From: Myxococcota bacterium
Lineage (GTDB): Bacteria > Myxococcota_A > UBA796 > UBA2385
Length of the DNA stretch: 64,000 nt
NCBI GenBank assembly: GCA_044344255.1
Contig: JBIJDH010000009.1
Location: 191,251 to 255,250, forward strand
Direction of reading: 5' to 3'
Part shown: piece after piece, positions 57,184 through 64,000 of the stretch
Layout of the letters: every line of letters starts with the position of its first letter
Numbering within the stretch: position 1 is the first letter of the stretch
Made by a program: the position numbers and the translations under genes
Notes under the pieces: generated by a model
Database searches by the model: none
Seen by the model: the letters and a program-made list of their open reading frames with translations, nothing else
What the model was told of the DNA's origin: nothing

Positions 57184-58619
57184 GCGGAGGCCCCTCGAGC
57201 ACGGCGGCGCGGGCCCCGGCGCCCGGCCAGGGGGTCCGCCACGCCGTCCACGGCGAGGGGAGGGTGCTGCGCCTGCTCGACGGCGGGCGGCGGGCGCTGG
57301 TGCGCTTCACCCGTCGCCCGGGGGTGCCGGTGGTCGTGCTCGCCGAAGAGCTGGAGCCAGAGGCCCTCGTCGCGCCCGAGCCGATACCACCGAGCACAGC
57401 AGCCCACACGGGAGGCTCGACGGGCAGCGCCGCCCCCCGGGCGACCCCTCGTGACCCCGCGGGTGATCGACAAGCCCTCGAGGCGCTGCGCCTCGGCGTG
57501 GTGCCCCCGGGCGGCCTCGACAGCCTCACCGTCGGCCGCGAGGTCGAGCTCCACGCCCTCGACCGCCTCATCGCCGATCGGCGCGGCATGCTCGTGCTCT
57601 CGGGCCACTACGGCACCGGCAAGACGCACCTGCTCGAGCTCGCCCGCGCCCACGCCCTCGACCGCGGGCTCGCCATCGCCGCCGCCACCTTTGACCCCGA
57701 CGAGGTGCCGCCCTCCCACCCGCTCCGCCTCTACGGTGCCCTGGTGCGCGGCCTCCGCTGGCCCGGCACCCCCGCCCAGGGCCTCCGCCCGCTGCTCGAG
57801 CGGGTCGGCGACAGCCCGGAGCACCTCCAGGGCGCGCTCGCGCACCGCTGGCTGAGCCCCGCCCTCTGGGCCACCCACCACGCGCCGGCCGAGCTCGCCC
57901 AGGAGGTGGTGGAGTTCGTCTCCGGGCAGGGCCGCGCCGAGGCGGCCTCCCTCCACGAGCGCCTCCGCCGCGCGGGCTGGCGCGGGGAGCGGCTGCTGTC
58001 CCTGCCCGACTTCCGCACCTTCGGCCAGATCATGGCCCACCTCCTCGGCGGGGTCGCGGTCTGGAGCGCCTCGGTGGGGCAGGGCGGGCTGCTCGTGCTG
58101 CTCGACGAGGCCGAGTACCTCGACCGCCTCGGCTCGACCGGCCGCCAGATGGCCGAGGGCGTGCTCTCCTACCTCGCGCTCGCCTGCCTCCCCGACGCCG
58201 CCCTCGCCTTCCACGAGGCTGACCTCTACCGAGGCGGCCACCCCATCCACAAGCGCGTGAGCCCCCGCTTCACCGAAGATCAGCCCCTGGCCGTGCTCTG
58301 CGCCTGCACGCCGAACCCCGACATCGACCGCTCTCTCTCCGCCATCCTCCTCGACCCGCGCTGTCGCCTCGCGCTGGAGCCGATCCGCCCCTCCCTGCTG
58401 CCCCTCCTCGCCGAGCGCGTCTACGGCCTCGTCCTCGCCGCCTACCCAAAGCTCGACCCCGAGCCCGCCCATCGACAGGCGGTGAGCCGCGCCCTCGGGC
58501 AGGCCTTCGCGGCCGGACGGGTGCAGACCCCCCGCCAAGCCGCGCGGCTGATCGTCGAGTTCTGGGACCTCTACCGCCTCGATCCGCGCCGGGCTCTCCG
58601 CGCCCTCGGGGCCGCCTGA
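57180..58619 (+). CDS. DUF2791 / BrxD-like P-loop ATPase with N-terminal Tudor/SH3-like domain
   Basis: GQGVRH..HGEGRV N-terminal module; EALRLGVVP...LTVGRE; GHYGTGKTH; GLLVLLDEAE; GTGA overlap with the upstream stop. Confidence 0.8.
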   Translation: MSGGPSSTAARAPAPGQGVRHAVHGEGRVLRLLDGGRRALVRFTRRPGVPVVVLAEELEPEALVAPEPIPPSTAAHTGGSTGSAAPRATPRDPAGDRQALEALRLGVVPPGGLDSLTVGREVELHALDRLIADRRGMLVLSGHYGTGKTHLLELARAHALDRGLAIAAATFDPDEVPPSHPLRLYGALVRGLRWPGTPAQGLRPLLERVGDSPEHLQGALAHRWLSPALWATHHAPAELAQEVVEFVSGQGRAEAASLHERLRRAGWRGERLLSLPDFRTFGQIMAHLLGGVAVWSASVGQGGLLVLLDEAEYLDRLGSTGRQMAEGVLSYLALACLPDAALAFHEADLYRGGHPIHKRVSPRFTEDQPLAVLCACTPNPDIDRSLSAILLDPRCRLALEPIRPSLLPLLAERVYGLVLAAYPKLDPEPAHRQAVSRALGQAFAAGRVQTPRQAARLIVEFWDLYRLDPRRALRALGAA

Positions 58620-58620
58620 G

Positions 58621-58680
58621 GCTTCGATCCGCCGGCCGGGGCTTCGATCCGCCGGGCGGGGCTTCGATCCGCCGGGCGGG
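58621..58680 (+). repeat. 20-bp tandem repeat GCTTCGATCCGCCGG[C/G]CGGG x3
   Basis: Read directly; begins 1 nt after the operon stop codon. Confidence 0.93.
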
Positions 58681-58719
58681 GCGGTCCGCGATAGGAGACA
58701 GGCTCCACGGAGGTCTCCC

Positions 58720-60459
58720 TTGAACGTTGGAGCGTTGCCACGGTTCGCCCGCCGAGTCGGCGTCGCCTCCCTCCTGCTGGCGGGCGCCTGCTCCTACATC
58801 AGCCCCGCGGACTTCGAGTCCCGCTTCGATCTGGACGCCGACGGGGTCCGTCGCCCCGACGACTGCGACGACGACGACGCGGCCATCGGTCAGATCATCC
58901 GCTACATCGACGGCGACGGCGACGGTTACGGCACCGACGAGGGGCAGACCGCCTGCAGCCCCGCCGTCGGCCTCGCCGACCGCCCCGGTGACTGTGACGA
59001 CCGCGACAGCCGCGTCCACCCCGACGCCGCCCACATCTGCGACGTCGTCGACGCAGACTGCGACGGCCTCACCGACCCCGACCCCACGGATCAGACCGTC
59101 TGGTACCGGGACGCCGACGGCGACGGCTTCGGCGCCGAGGGCTCCGGGATGGTCGAGCAGTGTGACCCTCCTGGCGCGGATTGGACAGACGTAAGCGGCG
59201 ACTGTGACGACGATAACGTCGTGATCTCAGACCGCGTCGCCTGGTTCCAGGACCTGGACGGAGACGGATACGGCGACATCGACGTCGTATCCTTCTCCTG
59301 CGAGCCCCCCGACGGCTTCGTCGAAGACTCCACCGACTGCGACGACGCCCGCGCCAACGTGCACCCCGTCGGCCTCGAGCGCTGTGACGCGGAGGGGGTG
59401 GACGAGAACTGTAACGGCGACATCAACGACGAGGAGTCTGGCAAGGTGGCCGGTCAACTCCCTTTCTACCTCGACCTGGACGGTGACGACTGGGGCGACC
59501 CCGCCGCGCGCGAAGACCGCTGCTGGGAGGACAGCACGAGCGCGCCCCCGGGGCTGTCCACCAACAACCTCGACTGTGACGACACCGACACCAACTTCCT
59601 CAACGACGCGTGTCCCCTCGTCTCGGTCTCGGCTGGCCACACCGCGGTCTGCTCTCGCCTCGCGAACGGTCAGGTGAGCTGCTACGGCGACGCCGCGATC
59701 CGCGACGTCCCCGACGAGATCGCCTACAGCGGCACGCGTCCTTACGCCTTCGCAGATCTGGCCATCGGCAAGGACCACGCCTGCGGCGTCACCTACGAGG
59801 GCGAGCTCGTCTGTTGGGGGGCGGCGAGCAGCCTGCTCGACACCCTGAACCACGCCGAGGGGCCCTTCTACTCGGTCACCATCGACCTCACCCACACCTG
59901 CGCCCTCGTCGATGGGGGCAGCGCGAAGTGCTGGGGAGAGGACATCAACTACTCCTTCGAGGCCTCGGACGGCTCGAAATTCGTGACGGTGGAGGCCGGG
60001 ACCACCCACACCTGCGCCCTCACCGATCCCGACGGTGACACCCACCCCGGCGGCGTCCAGTGCGCCGGCGCCTGCACGGACGAGGGGGAGTGTGATGATC
60101 GGCCCGGGCCGTACACGTCCGTGGTAGCCGGCTACAATTTCTCCTGCGCCATCCAGGACGATGGCGACGAGGACGGCTTGGCGGAGTGCTGGGGCACCTT
60201 CGGCACGATGGACTCCGTCGCCTTCGGGGAGTTCACCTCGCTCAGCGCCTACCACACCACCCTCTGTGGGCTCCGCGCCGACGGCAGCGTCGCCTGCCTC
60301 GGGCCCGAGGGGCTCAACCCGAGCGCCGTACCGCCCGGCGCCGTGTTCTCGGCGGTGACGGCCGGCGGGGGCTTCGCCTGCGGCATCACCGACGAAGAGG
60401 TCGTGTGTTGGAACGCGATCGGCGCCCTCTGCCTCGACGGAGTGGGCGGCTGCCGGTGA
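58720..60459 (+). CDS. Surface lipoprotein with MopE-like putative metal-binding repeats and RCC1-like propeller repeats
   Basis: Lipobox LAGAC; Y.D.DGDG[Y/F]G...DCDD....HP....CD repeats; six SAG..H.C.....G...CWG-type repeats. Confidence 0.85.
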   Translation: MNVGALPRFARRVGVASLLLAGACSYISPADFESRFDLDADGVRRPDDCDDDDAAIGQIIRYIDGDGDGYGTDEGQTACSPAVGLADRPGDCDDRDSRVHPDAAHICDVVDADCDGLTDPDPTDQTVWYRDADGDGFGAEGSGMVEQCDPPGADWTDVSGDCDDDNVVISDRVAWFQDLDGDGYGDIDVVSFSCEPPDGFVEDSTDCDDARANVHPVGLERCDAEGVDENCNGDINDEESGKVAGQLPFYLDLDGDDWGDPAAREDRCWEDSTSAPPGLSTNNLDCDDTDTNFLNDACPLVSVSAGHTAVCSRLANGQVSCYGDAAIRDVPDEIAYSGTRPYAFADLAIGKDHACGVTYEGELVCWGAASSLLDTLNHAEGPFYSVTIDLTHTCALVDGGSAKCWGEDINYSFEASDGSKFVTVEAGTTHTCALTDPDGDTHPGGVQCAGACTDEGECDDRPGPYTSVVAGYNFSCAIQDDGDEDGLAECWGTFGTMDSVAFGEFTSLSAYHTTLCGLRADGSVACLGPEGLNPSAVPPGAVFSAVTAGGGFACGITDEEVVCWNAIGALCLDGVGGCR

Positions 60460-60510
60460 TGGGCGCCCGCGAGCGGGCTAAATGGAGCCCCCCTCCGCTG
60501 GGAGAGCCCG

Positions 60511-61716
<1,206 letters not shown>

Positions 61717-61719
61717 GCC

Positions 61720-63900
61720 ATGAACACCGCCTCCGCCGAGCCCTCGACCGCCGGCCCCCACACCCTGCTCGTATCCGAGATCGGCCGCCTCACCCTCGAC
61801 CCCCGCGGGATCGCGCGGCTCACCCTCGAGATGCCCGGGCGGGCCAACAAGATCAACGTGGCCTTCCTCAGCGGCCTCACCGCGCTCTTCGACCGCGCCC
61901 TGGCCGAGCCGGGCCTGCGGGGCCTCGTGCTCACGAGCGGCCACAAGGACTTCTGCGTCGGGGCCGATCTGGACATGATCTTCGGCGAGACCGACCCTGC
62001 GCGGGTCTTCGCCGCCACCCGCGCGCTCGGGGCCCTGCTCCGACGCATCGAGACCGCGCCCTTCCCCGTGGCCGCCGCGCTCACCGGCTCGGCCCACGGC
62101 GGCGGCTACGAGCTCGCCCTCGCCACCCACCACCGGGTGATCCTCGAGCAAGCCCGCGTGACGGTGGGCCTCCCCGAGGTGCAGCTCGGCCTCATCCCCG
62201 GCGGCGGCGGCACCCAGCGCCTGCCGCGCCTGATCGGCCTCCAGCCTGCGGTCGAGCTGATCGCGCAGGCCAAGCTCACCCGCGGCCACAAGGCGGTGGC
62301 CGCGGGGTTGGCCGACGCGGGGGCCGCGACGCCCGAGGCCGTGGTCGAGGCCGCCTGCGCCTGGGTGCTCGCTCACCCCGGCGCGCGTCAACCCTGGGAT
62401 CAGGATGACTTTCACTTCCCCGGCCTCCAACCTTCTGAAGACGCGGCCCGCAACCTGTTCATGGCCGGGGCGGCGCTGCTCTACAAGAAGACGGCTGGCG
62501 TGTACCCCGCCCCCGAGGCGGCGATGGCCGTCATTCAGGAGGGGGCCCGCCTCCGCTTCGACCGGGCCCTCGAGGTGGAGGCCCGCGCCTTCGTCCGCCT
62601 CGCGGTGGGCGGTCCGTCGAAGGACATGATCCGCACGCTCTGGTTTCACAAGAACGCAGCCGAGCGGCTGGACGGCTTGCCCACCCTGCCGGCCGGCGTG
62701 GAGGCCGGCATCCGCACGGTGGGCGTGCTCGGCGCGGGCATGATGGGGGGCGGCCTCGCCTTCGTCGCCGCCAAGGCCGGGTATTCGGTCGTCCTCCGCG
62801 ACATCCGCAGGGAGGCCCTCGAGCTCGCGATGACCCACATCCGCGGTCAGGTCGCCGAGCGGCTGCGCCACCTCGACGGGGCGGCCCAGGCGGCGCTCCT
62901 CGCGCGCGTCCACACCACGCTCGACCTCGCCGATCTCTCCCACTGTGACCTGATCATCGAGGCGGTGGTGGAGGACAAGGCGGTCAAACACGCGGTGCTC
63001 CGCGAGCTCGAGCCCGCCCTCGCCCCGGGGGCGATCTGGGCCTCGAACACCTCGGCGCTGCCGATCACCGAGCTCGCCGAGCCCTCGGGCCGCCGCGAGG
63101 ACGTGGTCGGCCTGCACTTCTTCAGCCCCGTCGAGCAGATGCCGCTGGTGGAGATCATCCGCACCGCCGCCAGCTCGGAGCGGACCCTCGCCCGCGTCGT
63201 CCAGTTCGTGCGCACCCTCGAGAAGCTGCCCATCCTGGTCGGGGATGGTTACGGCTTCTTCACCACCCGCGTCTTCGCCAGCTACATCCTCGAGGGTGTG
63301 CAGATGGTGGCGGAGGGCCACGATCCGGCGCGGGTGGAGTGGGCGGCCCGCATCTCTGGCATGGTCGTCCCCCCGCTGCAGGTCTTCGACGAGGTGTCGC
63401 TGCGCCTCGGGCGGCACGTGCTCGACCAGGCCGAGGCCTACACGGGTCGGGTGCTCCCCGCCGCCAAGGCCCTGCTGGTGGCCCTCGTAGACGAGGAGCA
63501 CCGCCTCGGCCGCCAGGGAGGGGCGGGCTTCTACCGCTACACCGACGGCCGACGGGAGGGGATCTGGCCCGGCCTCGCCGCGCTGGCCCAGCGCCTCGGG
63601 GCGAGGCCGCAGGAGGCCTCCGCGGCGGAGCTCTCCCGCCGCCTCCTGCTCGTGCAGTGCGCCGAGGCCGCCCGGGCCGCCGAAGCCGGGGTGCTCCGCG
63701 CGCCGAGGGACGGCGACCTCGGGGCCATCTTCGGCATCGGCTTCGCCCCCAACACCGGCGGCCCCTTCTCCTACCTCGACCGCCAGGGCCTCCCGGCGGT
63801 GGTGGCCGAGCTCGAGGCGCTGAGCCGTTCGCTGGGCGAACGGTACGCCCCCACCGAGCGCCTCCGAGAGATGGCCGCCCAGGGTGAGCGCTTCTACTAA
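61720..63900 (+). CDS. Fatty-acid oxidation multifunctional enzyme (enoyl-CoA hydratase / 3-hydroxyacyl-CoA dehydrogenase), FadB/FadJ type
   Basis: [44 protein letters not shown]. Confidence 0.94.
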   Translation: MNTASAEPSTAGPHTLLVSEIGRLTLDPRGIARLTLEMPGRANKINVAFLSGLTALFDRALAEPGLRGLVLTSGHKDFCVGADLDMIFGETDPARVFAATRALGALLRRIETAPFPVAAALTGSAHGGGYELALATHHRVILEQARVTVGLPEVQLGLIPGGGGTQRLPRLIGLQPAVELIAQAKLTRGHKAVAAGLADAGAATPEAVVEAACAWVLAHPGARQPWDQDDFHFPGLQPSEDAARNLFMAGAALLYKKTAGVYPAPEAAMAVIQEGARLRFDRALEVEARAFVRLAVGGPSKDMIRTLWFHKNAAERLDGLPTLPAGVEAGIRTVGVLGAGMMGGGLAFVAAKAGYSVVLRDIRREALELAMTHIRGQVAERLRHLDGAAQAALLARVHTTLDLADLSHCDLIIEAVVEDKAVKHAVLRELEPALAPGAIWASNTSALPITELAEPSGRREDVVGLHFFSPVEQMPLVEIIRTAASSERTLARVVQFVRTLEKLPILVGDGYGFFTTRVFASYILEGVQMVAEGHDPARVEWAARISGMVVPPLQVFDEVSLRLGRHVLDQAEAYTGRVLPAAKALLVALVDEEHRLGRQGGAGFYRYTDGRREGIWPGLAALAQRLGARPQEASAAELSRRLLLVQCAEAARAAEAGVLRAPRDGDLGAIFGIGFAPNTGGPFSYLDRQGLPAVVAELEALSRSLGERYAPTERLREMAAQGERFY

Positions 63901-63964
63901 GACTCGACTCTACTGAGGCATGAGTGTCCGGAGACCCGAGTCTCCGGAGGCTCGCCGACGCCCG

Positions 63965-64000
63965 AAACGAAGCGCGCGCCCCGGGGGTCCGGGGCGCGCG
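63965..64000 (-). terminator. Intrinsic terminator of a convergent minus-strand gene beyond the window
   Basis: 12-bp perfect stem CGCGCGCCCCGG/CCGGGGCGCGCG followed on the minus strand by CTTCGTTT. A second 9-bp hairpin lies at 63927-63948. Confidence 0.55.

Noticed and set aside
55017..58619. Calling the operon a BREX system
   Set aside because: No PglX methyltransferase, PglZ, BrxC/PglY or helicase is visible in the window; only family-level similarity of the ATPases is supported.
55014..58680. The 15-bp and 20-bp repeats as CRISPR arrays or as att/target-site duplications
   Set aside because: The units are head-to-tail with no spacers, no cas genes are present, and the two repeats are unrelated to each other.
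63901..63975. Hammerhead ribozyme suggested by CTGA...GAAAC flanking a hairpin
   Set aside because: The core reads CTGAGGC rather than CTGANGA and the three stems cannot be formed; the hairpins fit terminators better.

Overview
A GC-rich (roughly 70-75%) bacterial chromosomal window. Its gene repertoire points to Myxococcota/Deltaproteobacteria (inferred): MXAN_5808-like S41 protease, FHA and PilZ proteins, D/C-rich metal-binding-repeat lipoprotein. About 50 CDSs and one tRNA-Gln(TTG) are supported. The housekeeping core is prs-rplY-pth, rpsF-rpsR-rplI-dnaB, guaA, proS, tkt, upp, PBP1A, PBP1B, a thiolase plus fatty-acid oxidation multifunctional enzyme, FKBP and Grx4. No CRISPR array, transposase, integrase or rRNA was seen. 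The strongest candidates for undescribed biology are: (1) a translationally coupled three-gene operon (unknown protein plus two DUF2791/BrxD-like P-loop ATPases) with no other BREX genes, bracketed by tandem repeats (55.0-58.7 kb); (2) two adjacent secreted paralogues, each carrying what looks like a single TolC-like half-repeat, one fused to a beta-propeller and one to a ComEA-like HhH domain (31.0-33.8 kb); (3) a PBP1A with a cytoplasmic zinc ribbon and a triplicated 12-Cys insertion in its transpeptidase domain; (4) several apparent pseudo-enzymes (asymmetric UvrA paralogue, Cys-less VKOR-DsbA-FGE fusion, HExxH-less zincin, degenerate membrane-anchored sigma/anti-sigma fusion); (5) a long, highly paired leader upstream of rplY. 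All family assignments are from motif recognition by eye; no searches were run.
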